This document shows positions 13,500 through 26,300 of a DNA stretch of 64,000 bases, piece after piece. The DNA comes from Oikopleura dioica. Its lineage: Eukaryota; Animalia; Chordata. Location of the stretch: NCBI GenBank assembly GCA_907165135.1, contig OU015570.1, positions 1,426,001 through 1,490,000 of the forward strand, in the 5' to 3' direction. Within the stretch, counting starts at the first letter, position 1. The number at the start of each line of letters is the position of its first letter. The notes under the pieces were generated by a model that worked only from the letters and a program-made list of their open reading frames with translations, was not told the origin of the DNA and did not search any database. Made by a program: the position numbers and the translations under genes.

Positions 13500-14845
13500 A
13501 AGATTGGGGGCAGGCGAATTAATCTAACCCCACATTTCGAGGAAATCCTGCGACAAAAAATGTCCAGAACTTCCTTAAAAAGCGTTATTAAGTGGTGCCT
13601 TTTGTCTTAAATGAAATTGTCGTTTCAGTTATTAATGAAAATATGGTCCTTTATTTAAAGAGCAATCCTGATACGTAGCACCTTTTATGAAACATCCGCG
13701 AACAGTTTTCCCATAACCGTTTCTCAACACTATACTTACGCACTTTGTCATAATAATTATCTCCATCGAAGCCACCTAAAACGCGAATGGTTATTTTTTA
13801 TATTGATACCTCATATACTCATGTATTACATGAGTCATAAAAAGGCTATTTTTAGAAAAACTCGCCCCTTCAAAAAGTCTTCGAATTTCAATCTTTACCC
13901 TTTCTGAGGTTTATCTATACCAAAGAAAATGATTTTCGGGAGGAAAAATTTGTACGAAATTTCCTTACAGTACTTTTTGACTCAAAAGTACTAAAATAGT
14001 CAAAATCCAAAATTAACCATTATGCCCAAAGTTATACTTTTCTGGTGCAGTTTTTGATCGTGATTACAAAAAATAGTTAAAAATGTACTCGAAGTACAGA
14101 TGTTCTTGAAAAAAACAATTTATGAAAAATTTTCATAAAAACTCAAAATTCAAAAAACGTCTCTAGACGTTAAGAATCGATGTTTTTGTTATTTTCATTG
14201 TTGTTCACAAAAGAGAAATTGAGCAAAACGATAATATAAGCTAAATGTAAAGGTAATTAATCACACAGATTCTCTTAATTTATCTGATTTTTTACCGACA
14301 ATGCTTATTTGTCACCTTACTTCTCTGCTCAAAGCACTTTCTCAATCAGAAAAAGGAAAGAGTAAAAATGCAACATTTGAGAGTTTAATGGAACTACATA
14401 TAGCCTAGTCATAAAACACATTTACGTCCAGTTTCTTTGCTTGTTGCCCAAAAATTGGGAAAATAAGCATCAATATAACCAAGCCAGGGGTCTGGATTTT
14501 GGCAAAAATGAAAAGCAAAAGCGAAAGCCCATGAGCGGATTCGTTAAGCGAATCGAGACCCCTGACAAAGCGAGCACTGCTCGCCGTTCAGATCTTTCTC
14601 TTTCATGTCTAGAGAACCTGTAGGAATGCAGATCCTACAGTAATGACAACATAAAGAAATGGCTTGCCCGTCGATGCCGCTGCGGACGGGAGCCTTACGG
14701 CCGAAGCCGCTGCAGCCGTGAAGCCCTTGGCTCGTGTAAGCTGAATCACATCCGTAGACCCTCACTCTCCTTATAAATAGACCGCCCTAGAAATCTGGTT
14801 ATTGATGTCACTCAGTTCATTGCTCTCGAATAAAGTATAATAAGA

Positions 14846-15382
14846 GGGTCGTCACTTCCAACCTTTCGGGATCCCGAATGTTTCGGGATTTCCCGAATCT
14901 TTCGGGATTACTCCCGAATCTTTCGGGAATTCCCGAACCTTTCGGGATCGCCCGAATCATTCGGAAATTTCGTTGAGGATTACGTTATGAAAAAGTGGTA
15001 TAAATGCCGAATTCGGGCATTTTACTTATCAAAAGAGAACTCTAGCTGCTTTCGTCAAATTCGATGGTCTAAGAAGGCCAAACATTGTTTCAATTGTGAA
15101 TTTGCAGTCAAAGAGAATGTGTGCGCTCCGCGCCTGTCTTATAGAGAACTTCATGAGTTATAAATCCAATTATTCGTGTAAATTATTTTTTTCCTTCGTG
15201 CCTTCATTTGCTTCAATAAAGATGTACTTAGACGTTACTATTTTGCTTAAGATATTTTCTCGGACAGAAATCATTCAAAAATCATCCCCGAAAGGTTCGA
15301 AGACAAAAGGCCCATTTTCACTGCGAATGTTTCGGGAAATCCCGAAACATTCGGGATACCGAAAGGTTGGAAGATTCAACCT
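14846..15382. mobile_element. MITE with modular TTCGGGA/TCCCGAA termini
   Basis: Imperfect TIR (CTTCCAACCTTTCGG..); second, truncated copy at 30964-31535. Confidence 0.7.
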
Positions 15383-15679
15383 TATAAGAGATACGTCAGA
15401 TGCGTGATTGATATGCATAGAGATAAAGAGGATAGTGCAATCCTACCGAACCCCTCTTAATTGTCGGTATGTATCATGGTCCGTGGTCCATGGCTGTTGA
15501 TTTCGAGGGAGATCGGGAACTCCCAGTTTCGACGCTTTTGGTACTGCCAGTACCAATCAAGGTTAGTACCTTACTCGCAGTTTCGAGTGCTCATTTTGTC
15601 TTTTCAATTGATAAGTTCACGGAATATTTCAGTTGGAAAAATAGTACGCGGAAAAATACAGTGAAAACCCATTTTCACT

Positions 15680-16328
15680 CTCACTCTTCAGCTTGTTTAA
15701 TTTTTCGATTATCGTTATTTTTTGCACACTAACAAATTTTTATGCTCTTTCATCTACATTTCTTAAAATTTTCATAGCTTATCGTTACGCTGAGTTAGGG
15801 CGAAAACATAAGCGCTCTCTTTCAAGAGTACATAAGTCCTCGAAATATTCGGATTGACACTTCGAGACTGCCCTCATTGAAAAGCCCGTGCCTTCTTGCA
15901 TAAGGCTTACTTATTGAGATTTAATGGAAATTTTTGCAGCTCTCGTAATCGAGCGGTTTATAAAGGTTCTTGTGACCAGCGCAGCTGGAATCCCGCGCAA
16001 ACAGTGTAAAATGGCCGTGTTTCACGCCGAGCGCTCCAGGTAACCCGCATTAATCCCACGATAATCAGATAAGTAAACGCTTCCAGGAAATCTCCATAAG
16101 TAAGCCTTAAAGCAGGGTTTTGAATGAGGGCAGTCTCGAAGTGTCAATCCGAATATTTCGAGGACTTATGTATACTTGAAAGAGAGAAAATTTTAAGAAA
16201 TGTAGATGAAAGAGCATAAAAAGTTTAATTAGTGTGCAAAAATATCGATAATCGAAAAATCAAACCAGCTGAAGAGTGAGAGTGAAAAAGGGCGAGAAGC
16301 GCGCGCGGAGCTCGGTCGGCGGGGTCCC
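15680..16328. mobile_element. Long-palindromic Kolobok-type MITE, left end lost (family of 44608-45352)
   Basis: Arms match the 44.6-45.4 kb copy; right end GGCGGGGTCCC|TTAA. Confidence 0.75.
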
Positions 16329-17088
16329 TTAAGGGGTCCCACCCCGGAATTTGAGATCTCATAAATACCCGACTTATAATACATTTTTGGAATCCTTAGA
16401 ACCTGAGGATCATTATTTGCTTCTACCGAAGGCTCTCGACCAACCGGTTTGCTGTAAAATTGAAAAAACGTTAAACTCGCGGTAAATCGCGGTTCGGCCC
16501 CTTTTGACCCTAAAACACCCCTAATATGGGTATCAATCGACTAATTATTAAATTTCTTGTCAAATGAAATATGAACCGCGGTCAACCGCTATGAACCGGG
16601 CGGTCAAAATCGCGGTTAAGCCCCTTCCGACCCAAAAATACCCCTAATATGGGTATCAATCGACTTATTTTTGAATTTCTAGTCAAATGGAATATAAACC
16701 GCGGTCAACCGCAATGAACCGGGCGGTCAAAATCGCGGTTTAGCCCATTCCGACCCAAACCTCGACAAATTATTTATCATTTGAATTTTTATAGGTTGAC
16801 CAAAACTCCTTCATCAATTGCTAAATCATAAAAAAGACAAAAATGGAAACAAATCTTGATAATTATAATCTGAAAATATTTTTACGCGAAAATATTTTGG
16901 CTCAATTTCGATTCATCCATCAAAAATCCGCGATTTTTGCGCACCTTTTCTCTTCACTCATTTTGCTTGCTCTTTTTCGGCACTCCTGTTATCAATCTTT
17001 GATTTGGCTGGGATTTTTGCTTAAAAGTTGTCTCCCTCGCCGAAGCCGAGACAAATAAAAATAGAAATTTGTTAAAATTCTCGGCAAA

Positions 17089-18650
17089 ATGGGTAGACCG
17101 AGTGAAGCAAAAAAGAGACGAAGTGAAAAATCGCAAGCTGCGCTCGCAAAGAGATATTCAAGAGAAATCGAACCGCAACAAGAGAATTCAGATAGCGATG
17201 ACAATTTTCTTGATCCTCAACTTGTGAATTTTTTCTATGAAAACAAAAAACGAAATCGGAAGCACTTTTCTCCTCACAACCGCTGATATATTTGAAGTAA
17301 GAATACTTCAAACCGATATTTGACTTTATTTTATTGATTAGATATTGAAACATTGGCGGCATTCATGTGACAAACCAACTCTCAAAATTCAAATTAATTC
17401 AATTAAATTGCTTCGAGTCAGTATGAAGCTTCTCTGCGAAAATTGCAAATTTTCAACTCTTCTGACAAACAACGATAAACTCTCCACCAGAGCTCTTTCA
17501 ATCGCACGCTCCCTCGGTAAGCTTTTAGAATAAGATTTCATTGAAATAATTTATAAGGAATAACGCAATCGCAACAAATGGGATTTTTATGTGGTATGAA
17601 TTTGAACGCAGTGGTTGACAAGAATGGGCGACATTTATCACCGTCTTTCCGTCGGGATTATTATTTGAGTGAGCTAAAAAAATTGATGATCTCTTCATAA
17701 AAATGGCAAAAAATGACTCCGCGACGCTTCTTGAGAAACTTTTATCTACTCGCTCCGATATACAATTATTTGTCGACGGAACCTATGTAAGAACCCATAT
17801 TTTTGATTTTGAAATTAAAAAAAAATTTTAGCCAATTAGAACAAATTATTCCTCGCCTGTTTGTTGTATTGTACTTGGTGTTTTCGTAGATGGGAAAGCG
17901 AAGATTCTAGATCATACTGTAGAAAAAGAGGGGCTCCTGAATATAATCCACTTGTCTCATCGGGCTACGGTCACATTCATCAAAATATCACCAGCAAAGG
18001 ACTTGAGGCAGTAGGAGTCAAACGACTCCTGATTTATTTTTCAGGCTTGAAACGGTGTATTCTGCTCTTGGGGTCAATTCCGATACGAAACTGGGCAATC
18101 GAAATAAGTGTCGAATAGCGGTTGCAGTTCAAAGTATTGTGTAGGGGATTTTCGGTTTGATCGGGATCGTAAAATTACTCTAGGACAAAACATGCGAAAA
18201 AAGCGCGGGAAGGAAAATTTAGTATCGCGGAATACACGGAAGCCATCGATGAAATGTTCCGTCACATGTGCGGTGACCATAGCTCTTGCAATGATCCTGG
18301 CCGATGTGGGGTGGTAGATTGCCTTGACGAAAAGACACTTGGAGGAAAACGCGAAAAATTTGTCGACACTATCAAACTAAATATTCTTTTACATAAAGAT
18401 ACATTGAATGATATAAGCAATTGCGGCTCGACAAGCGCCGCGGAGTCATTCAATTCGACTATCTATCGTCGGCGACTCCTTGTAAAAGTAGGCATTTTCT
18501 TAGACATAAGGCATATTTTTTCAGGGCGAACCCACGAGATATTTATCACGACACCCTGAAAGCATCTATGCCGCGGGCACTCTTATTTTTAATTCAAGTT
18601 GGGACGAATTTGCGAAACGAGTCGGATCCAAATTGGGTTTCTCAATGAAT
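17089..18650 (+). pseudogene. Kolobok/Mutator-like DDE transposase, intron-containing, frameshifted
   Basis: Reassembled motifs GITQSQQMGFLCGMNL, LFVDGTY|PIRTNYSSPVC..GKAKILDHTVEK, ITSKGLEAVGVKRLL, FDRDRKI, CGDHSSC, GSTSAAESFNSTI. Several short GT-AG introns. Confidence 0.72.
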
Positions 18651-18900
18651 CGTTCTGAGAAGGTTTTTCATGTCTAAAACCGCTTGTCGGAAGAAAAGCG
18701 ATTGTAAAAATAAGAGCCGCTTGCGGCTTTGAAAATCGGATTTCAATAAATGCCATAAAAACCTGTTTCAGCTTTGAAAAACTTTCTTCTATTAGAGAAA
18801 AAGAAGAAAAAATCTAAGCAAAGATACACGCGAAAATGTGAAAATAAACAGAAGGGAAGTTGCGATAAATTTTCATTTTTGTTTTTCTATCGCAAAAAAT

Positions 18901-19190
18901 GAACCCGGTCTTCACGAACCTAGCCTTCACGAACCTAATCCCAAGAACCTAGTCTTCACGAACCTAGTCTTCACGAACCTAGTCACACGAACCTAGTCAT
19001 CAACCCATTTCCCTTACTGCCCCAAAATTTTTCTATTTGAAATTTCACGAACCTAGTCTTCACGAACCTAGTCTTCACGAACCTAGTCCCACGAACCTAG
19101 TCTTCACGAACCTAGTCCCACGAACCTAGTCTTCACGAACCTAGTCTTCACGAACCTAGTCCCACGAACCTAGTCCTCACGAAACTGGTC
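18901..19190. repeat. 14-15-bp minisatellite (CACGAACCTAGTCTT)n in two blocks
   Basis: Direct tandem units visible. Confidence 0.95.
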
Positions 19191-19510
19191 ATGGGTCTCG
19201 TTTTTTCGACTCGATTTTTTAGAAAACTTCCATAAAAGGCCCTTTTCCGATTAGTTAAATATACAACGACAACGAAAGCTCGTATGCAACGCGAAAATGA
19301 CTACCGAACAAGTAGAGAGCAAAACAACGAGTTCAAAAAGAGTCTGATCAAAGACCTCGAAAACCTCGAGCTCAATGAAAACTAATCAATATTTCTAACA
19401 GATTTGCTTTTAGAATTCATTTTCTTTTACTAACTTCTTCTTTGCTTGCTTCTGAAATCTTCAGTAAATGGAATTAGCATGAAAATTTTCTAATTTTTCT
19501 CTTTCTTTAG

Positions 19511-20077
19511 AATGCATCAATTCAATTTTGTCAAAACAACAATTGGCACCACCCTCTGTGGTATTCTTTTTGTATAGAATTTTCTTCTTGCATTTTCTAA
19601 AATTATCTTATAGCTAACAAGTGCTCTCTATGGCTACAGTACCTACAGAATTCTTATTCGCGACTATTTTCTAGACGATACTCCTAATCTCGACAAAACC
19701 GAGCTTCAAAGTGTTGTTGACGTAGGTTTTTTCTGAAAAATGATTTTTCATTATATTCTAGTTTTTTGAAAAAGAATGTCATTATGCCAACGCTGAGCGC
19801 AGCAATCAGTATGATTGCATTTTTCTGCGTATTCAACAGAAGGATTATAAAATCTCCATCAGTCTTACGTAAGATCCTTTATCATGTTATTTTTCAATTT
19901 TTTTAGTGATTATAAGCTGTCATTGTATTGTCATTGTTATCAATATTATGGTCGTTGCGATGAACTTTACCGGTACGATGAGAGCGATTCGGCCATTGCC
20001 ATCATTTTGTTTTATGCTATACGTAAGATTATCATTTCTCGAAATTATCTTATTTACAAATAATAGGTAATCTATAA
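19511..20077 (+). CDS. Spliced gene inside the Kolobok element (possible KolX-like accessory protein; upstream exon(s) undetermined)
   Basis: Four GT-AG introns (19561-19613, 19722-19761, 19869-19906, 20023-20066) keep one frame: CINSILSKQQLAPPSV|LTSALYGY..SVVD|FFEKECHY..SLT|DYKLSLYCHCYQYYGRCDEL..FYAIR|NL*. Confidence 0.6.
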
Positions 20078-21947
20078 TGGAGCGTGTGCGTTTCTACTTT
20101 CTTTGCAAATTATGATTGGTATCTTTTATCTCCGCCAGGAAATCAGCGCGATGCAATTGGGTGAAATCGAAGTCCAAAGAAAAACCTTGAAAAACAAAAA
20201 CGAAATACATCAAATACGCGACCAAATAGGATTTATGAAAATTCCGCGTCTATGATGAGCGAAATCCAAAAACTTCAAATCAATCCAATCGAGACAATGA
20301 AAGTTCCTAGAAAAATCAGCGCACTCAATTATAACTGTTCCGACTGTATTGGAAGAGTCATTTGACTCTTGTAGTGAGCATTCGTATGCAAATGTACATG
20401 TTGGTGAATAAATTGGAATTCATAGATTCTCTTTTCCGGAAATTTTTTCGTTTTATTCTTTATAGCATTTATTTTATGAGTCTCTTGAATTTTAGCGAGA
20501 ATCCGCATCAAAAACATCGAAAAATAATGTTTATAACTCAACCTTCTGGACAAGAAAAATGTCAAGGTCTTTTGGGGTCACGTGACCTTTTGTGACCTTG
20601 AATGACCTTCAAAAAGATAAAGAAATTTGAATAAGGCATAAATGATAACAGACTATAAATAAATGACAAGTTATAAAGAAAAAAATAAAAATTTTATTTT
20701 GCGGGGCCGACCTTCATTTAGGAGGCTCTATCTTTTTACTGACTTTATCAAAACTCCCAAAACTACTCCCAAATACAGATTAGCGTCTGTCCTATCTAGT
20801 ATAGAAGTTTGTAGGGGCAAGCATAACCCCAATCTAAAGTTATTACGCCTTGAAAACACCCCAAAAAGCCGTTTTTTGAAAATTCGTTTTTTCAAAAGCC
20901 CCTGGGGGCATGTTTGACTTATCCAAACGCGCTAAAGCTACTCCCGAATTGCAATGAAGGCTTGAAGTTTTACATGCAAGTCGAATTATATTAAACCATA
21001 AGGCCAAACGAAAGTTATTTCGAGGCAAAGTTGGCGATTCCGGGGGATCCCTTAAGGCCACTTTTTCGGAAAATCTCCAAAATCTGTCATTCTAAAAAAT
21101 TTTTTAATTTTTTTAATCCGAAAGTTACAGTTCCGCTTGTAAAAGCTAGTTATTATCGACTGTGTCTTCGGCAATTTGGAAGTCGATGGCTAAAAATTCA
21201 GTGTCGGCATTGTCTGTCACTTGAACTTGAAGCATTTCTTCCATCTTCATCGGAGCGAATTCGCTTCGCCTCGCTTCTCTTCGCTACTCGGGCCTTCCGC
21301 TATAAGCCCTCATGATACATTTTGTCCCAAAAAATGGAAAAATTTGCTGTCATCCGATGTAAGGCAAAAATCCATTTTAAGGCCACTTTTGAAATTCGCT
21401 GTCATCAAAAATGGGTTATCACTGAAGAAGTGTATTCTGTCCAAATCTGTAAGTTTTCTATCACAGAGCCCGCGTAGCGAGCGTTTATAGCTGACTAAAA
21501 TTTCGCGGTATCGAATTCAATTCGACGAATTGGTACTTGCAGTGGTACTTGCTTTGGTACTAGGAGTTCCCGACCCCCTCGAGGCTACCGGGGACTCCTC
21601 GGCGGGGAGTAACAATTGGTACTGGGAGTCCCCGGTAGCCATTTCGAGTCCTTTGCCGCTACGTGGCATTTTTTCCGATTAATTTTGCCGTTTTAGAATG
21701 CTGCGACCGTTCATGCCCAGCTTTTTACAAATAACCGCCAATTCATTTCGACTGTGTGCACTCATATTTTGGTTACAGAGATCTAAGTCGACTCTTTTTT
21801 GGCCTCTCTCTAACTTTCAGCGTGCTGAGCGCGCTAGGATCTCTTGTTAATCAGCCTTTAAGGGGTCCACTTCCGGAATTTCAAATCTTGATGACGGGCC
21901 CTTTGAGACATATTAAGATTCCCCGTGTTCTGTGTATCATTTTAATG

Positions 21948-22896
21948 ATCAGTTATTTTCCTCTTTAGTGGACATTTTTGTCCCAACTTTTCATAAAAAT
22001 GTCCACAAAAGTGGGCAAGAGTCTTCCAAAATATGTCCCGCCGTAGAGCCTTAAAATTTTTCTTCGATAAATTTTCTTCGAAAAATGGAAAATTTTATCA
22101 TCAAAACGACTTTTTCTGCCTTTTTACCATTTTTAGTCAATAACACGGTTAAGGCCATTAATTTTTTATAAAAGACATCCATATTTTTGAAAAAACACCC
22201 TGTTAATTCCTCATAAATTTTCTTAGCTGGACAAATGTCCACATAGTGGAACATTATCCTTGCAAATATGTCCCACAAAAAGCCTATAAAATGAAGAAAA
22301 TATTCACAAAATTGGGGTCCACAAAAGAGGAAAAAACTGTATTATAGTCCCCCTAACCCAAAATTTAAGCCTTCGAAAATCGCAAAAATGCATGTTATTC
22401 ATGAAAATTCGTTTTTTTGACTTTTCAATGTCCTCAAAAATACACATATAAATGGTCTATCGAAAGGTCAGAATGTACTGATTAGAAATATTATAATCGC
22501 ACAAAAATTTTCGGCCATAATTCGGCGATAGAGAGGAATTTAGGACTTTTGTGTCAATTTGACTGATTTTGTTATCCTGAAAAGATCCAGACTTTCTAGA
22601 CTCGACACGAAATTATCGAGAACTAGAATAAGTGCATTTTTATCACGTGATCGTATTAAAAGAAACACAAAAGGGTCAAAGAAGTCAGTGATATCCATCA
22701 AAAAGGCAATTTTGAGGTTGACCCCATAAAAACAGATTTTTTGATGATAAAATTTTCCATTTTTCGAAGAAAATTTATCGAAGAAAAATTTTAAGGCTCT
22801 ACGGCGGGACATTTTTTGAAGACTCTTGCCCACTTTTGTGGACATTTTTATGAAAAGTTGGGACAAAAAATGTCCACAAAAGAGGTTAATAACTGT
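21948..22896. mobile_element. TA/CAGT-type (pogo-like) MITE with long inverted arms, nested in a Kolobok MITE
   Basis: About 135-bp inverted arms (21960-22100 vs 22740-22885); related termini at about 22320 and 30135. Confidence 0.55.
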
Positions 22897-23143
22897 AGAT
22901 CTATCAAGGATAAATTCGTTTATATGAGATAGTTTATACAGCCTAAAAGGGAGGGCGCCCAGACTCAAATGTCAATTGTTAATATGACAAGCAGAAGCGC
23001 TTGACCATGGACGCAATTGAATGGTACTGCGACTGAATCGCAGCGGTACAGTAGGGGGCAATCAAACGCTTACAAACAAAAATCGTTGGTGATTTTGTAG
23101 TTTGAAAGCGCAATTAAGTTCGCAATTATAATAAATAACAACC

Positions 23144-23215
23144 GATGAAATGGTGTAGTGGTTAACACACCGCACTACGTAGTAGGAGTCTCGGGTTCGA
23201 TTCCCGGTCTTACCA
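23144..23215 (+). tRNA. Degenerate tRNA (pseudogene or SINE head), anticodon position ACG
   Basis: A box TGGTGTAGTGG, B box GGTTCGATTCC, intact D and T arms, T5 at 23221-23225. Acceptor and anticodon stems are mismatched. Confidence 0.6.
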
Positions 23216-23380
23216 GACACTTTTTGGTTGTCCAATTCTATCATTGAGAGCCAGTACTCAAAATAGGAGAGCTAGGTGTGCACCTGCCCTCTGGAAGAAT
23301 TCCACCTTCGCGATCATGGGTCAGAACGCTCAGTCTTGATTTCGCTTCTCAGACTGAGCGTATTAGTACTCGAGGGTGTA

Positions 23381-23668
23381 GGGCGCCCAGGTTCACAATT
23401 GTGAACCCGGTTCACAATTTTGTGAACCCGGTTCGCAATCTGTGTGAACCCGGTTCACAAAATTTTTAAAAGTATAAAATCAGGGGTCTGTATGCGCTCC
23501 GCGCCTGATTTCAAAGAGAAACTCATTTTTGACGTTATAAACTTTCTCTACAGCCGCGCCTTTAGTCAGTTTGAGTCACTTTTTTGACCGAAATTGTGAA
23601 CCAGGTTCACAAAACTGTGAACCGGGTTCACAAAATTGTGAACCAACCGATTGTGAACCTGGGCGCCC
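23381..23668. mobile_element. MITE with GTGAACCCGGTTCAC modular termini
   Basis: TIR GGGCGCCCAGGTTCACAAT / ATTGTGAACCTGGGCGCCC. Confidence 0.8.
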
Positions 23669-24050
23669 GCCACCCGTACTCGAGCTAATAGAAGAGAATT
23701 TATTGATGCTGGACCGTACAGACGCAGAGCTAGAACAATAAATTCAATTAAGGTTTGTTTCGTCTCTTGGACTGCCACTTCCTTTCGCGATTTGAAGACA
23801 ACAGATTCCAGCCCTTCCTCTCTCGCGAGTAACTTGGTCTGTATTCTGTTTCTGTCGCTCTAAACTGTGGTCGTAATAAACCAGTCTAATACCAACAGAG
23901 ATACGCGAGGGTGTTGTTTAGGCAGTTTTGCAGGCAGGTTTTCGTGGTGACTGAATTCTGTGAAGGAACCCAAATTCCGAGATCAGAGTTCGGACCGAGA
24001 CCCAGCTTCTGTTTAAACAAACCTCGAGCCCGGTCGAATACCGTGGAGCT

Positions 24051-24440
24051 ATGAATGACAGTGTTGGAGTACAATTTGACACCACCGTGGGTCACGTGTA
24101 CTATAAAGGCGACAAGTTCCTGAGACTTGCTTTCGCGCAAAATGATGGCCCTATCCGGCATCGAAAATGTGAATCGTGGAAAGATCACATTACTGGCTTG
24201 TTAGCCAAAGAAATTCGTAAAGTTGATAAGGACAATCGCTTTATCAGTCAGGTGGCGCATTTGCCCTTGGCTTGGGGAAACAATGACGGCCGAATGCCGG
24301 ATGTGACTGGAAGACTTTCCATTCCTGCCAATCTCTGGCAATTCGAGGAATGGAGAGGCGAAGGGCGGTTTGACGGCATGGATGCCATTGAATTCGCGAG
24401 AGTAAACCAGCAACATGATGGTTTCATGAATTATTATTAA
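24051..24440 (+). CDS. Unassigned 129-aa ORF
   Basis: Lies in non-repetitive sequence, protein-like composition; weak CAP-Gly-like VEYRG..VGVQFDTTVG. Confidence 0.35.
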   Translation: MNDSVGVQFDTTVGHVYYKGDKFLRLAFAQNDGPIRHRKCESWKDHITGLLAKEIRKVDKDNRFISQVAHLPLAWGNNDGRMPDVTGRLSIPANLWQFEEWRGEGRFDGMDAIEFARVNQQHDGFMNYY

Positions 24441-25255
24441 AACGAGACGATTCTGCTCTTACGTCAGTTCATGGATGCAAAAATATTCAAAACTGCCATT
24501 CTTCAGTACTGCCAGAAAAAAAATATTAAACAAGAAGAATAAACTCTTTTGAAATATTATTAAAGAACGCAAAAAAAAAATATTTTTTTTTCATTAAAAA
24601 AATTCCGCTCAAAGTCCGCTCGCTCGCTCAAATTTTTTTTTTCGGCCGTCCGCTCAGCCGCTCGCTCAGCTCAATAATTTTTTTTTGTAGACCGCTCAGC
24701 CGCTCGCTCCGCTCAAATATTTTTTGAGAAAAATTGGAACCCTGTTCTGAGCATTCTTGTTTTTTAATGTAAGCTGCTATCACTTGTCGTTTTCAAGATA
24801 TGAGCGCTAGAAATCTGGTCGAAAAAATTTTTTGGCTTCAATTTTTATCAATGAGGCCTTTTAAGCTCAGAGCACAAGAAATATCATGGTAGTCTTGGTT
24901 TTGCTTTTGACAGGATATTATGGATTCTAGAGCCAAAAACATGAATCTAAGTTCCAAAAAATGCAAAAATCGCCGAGATCAATTTTTCAAAAAATTATTT
25001 TCGATGTAAAAGTATATTCACTCTAAACAAGCTTCTGACAAACCTTGCACTCGGCAGGTTATTGTTATCATAACCCCATTAGGCAACTTTTGTACAGAAT
25101 TTTCCGGGCTTTCCGGTGATTGTTAAATAATTATAATTATAATTTCATATCCTTAAAAATGAAAGTGCAGAATCCTTTTGAAGATGAACTTCTCTTTTCG
25201 ACCATAGCGGCTGTATCACAAATGATAGAGAAAAACTAAAAGCAAGAGGTTGTAG

Positions 25256-26008
25256 GCGGTCACCTAGGTTTTCAAACCCAGAGTCGCAAAAGTATCTAGC
25301 CTGGGTTTTCTAATCCCAGGACACAAAATCATTGAGCCTGGGTTTTCGAAAACCCAGGGTCGCCATTTATGAGAGTCTGGGATGGTCAAACCCAGGTTGC
25401 CGCATTTTATCAGTAAGTTGAGCCTGGGTTTTTTCACTTCAAGCAAAACAAAGCCTATCAAGTCTAGAGACTGCTTTAACAAAAAATGTTCAAGATTTAT
25501 GTCAATCCTGATCATCTGGTATTATCTGACCTTAGCTAACCTTAGCCTAACTAAACTACCGGTACCAATTTGTACTGTCAGCTCAAAATATAGTCCAGAA
25601 AAATGTGCAAAGGCAAAAAATTAAGGCCGGAGTGCGCTCCGCGCCTGGTTCGACAGGAAGAGTCAATCTTTAGCTAGTCAACTGTTTCTCCTTTCGCGCC
25701 TTTACTAAGAAGGCCATTTACGGTGTTGCTAGTACCAATAAGCTTTACTCCTGGATGTTCTTTGGGCCAAAATCGCGGGTATATGCAGCAATTCTGTTTC
25801 TAGACATATTAAAATCTGTTTTCATCCATGCAAAAAGACCCAGGGTCAACTTCCTGATAAAATGCGGTGACCTGGGTTTGCCAAACCCAGGCTCTCAGAG
25901 TGGCGAGCCTGGGTTTTGAAAACCCAGGCTGATGAATTTGAGAATCTGGGACTGGTAAACCCAGGCTGGGAATTTTGCGACTCTGGGTTTGAAAACCCAG
26001 GTGACCGC
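25256..26008. mobile_element. Foldback-like MITE with AAACCCAG modular termini
   Basis: TIR GCGGTCACCTAGGTTTTCAAACCCAGAGTCGCAAAA and its near-perfect reverse complement; about 170-bp imperfect arms. Confidence 0.8.
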
Positions 26009-26300
26009 ATACCACCAAGCAAGAATAGAAAGAAGACTTTCTGTAGATTTTGTTTGCAAAAAGAATTTTGAAAAATCTCATGTCAAAAATCAATGAAGCG
26101 CTGCTGAAGTCGCGCTTTAGCCAGCTCGCCAAGGTCCCTTAAGATAAAGGTCCGAACTTTCATTTAAGAATATGAAATATGCATGTTTACATGCTTCTTT
26201 ACTCGGAACACGGCCAGTTTTAGGGCGAATTTCGACCGAGATCAAAACTTTGAGGCGAAATTTTGTTAAAAACCTAAGAGAAAAATTATTTCCTTCTGAC

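Larger units (their letters stand above)
16333..21051 (+). mobile_element. Kolobok-type DNA transposon (about 4.7 kb), decayed
   Basis: TTAA|GGGGTCCC..CCGGAAT and ATTCCGG..GGGATCCC|TTAA ends. Contains a transposase pseudogene, a second spliced gene and a subterminal ~125-bp tandem duplication (about 16490-16760). Confidence 0.7.

Noticed and set aside
14590-14840. Possible solo LTR (TATA plus AATAAA)
   Set aside because: No TG..CA ends or TSD could be identified; noted only for the shared 15-mer.
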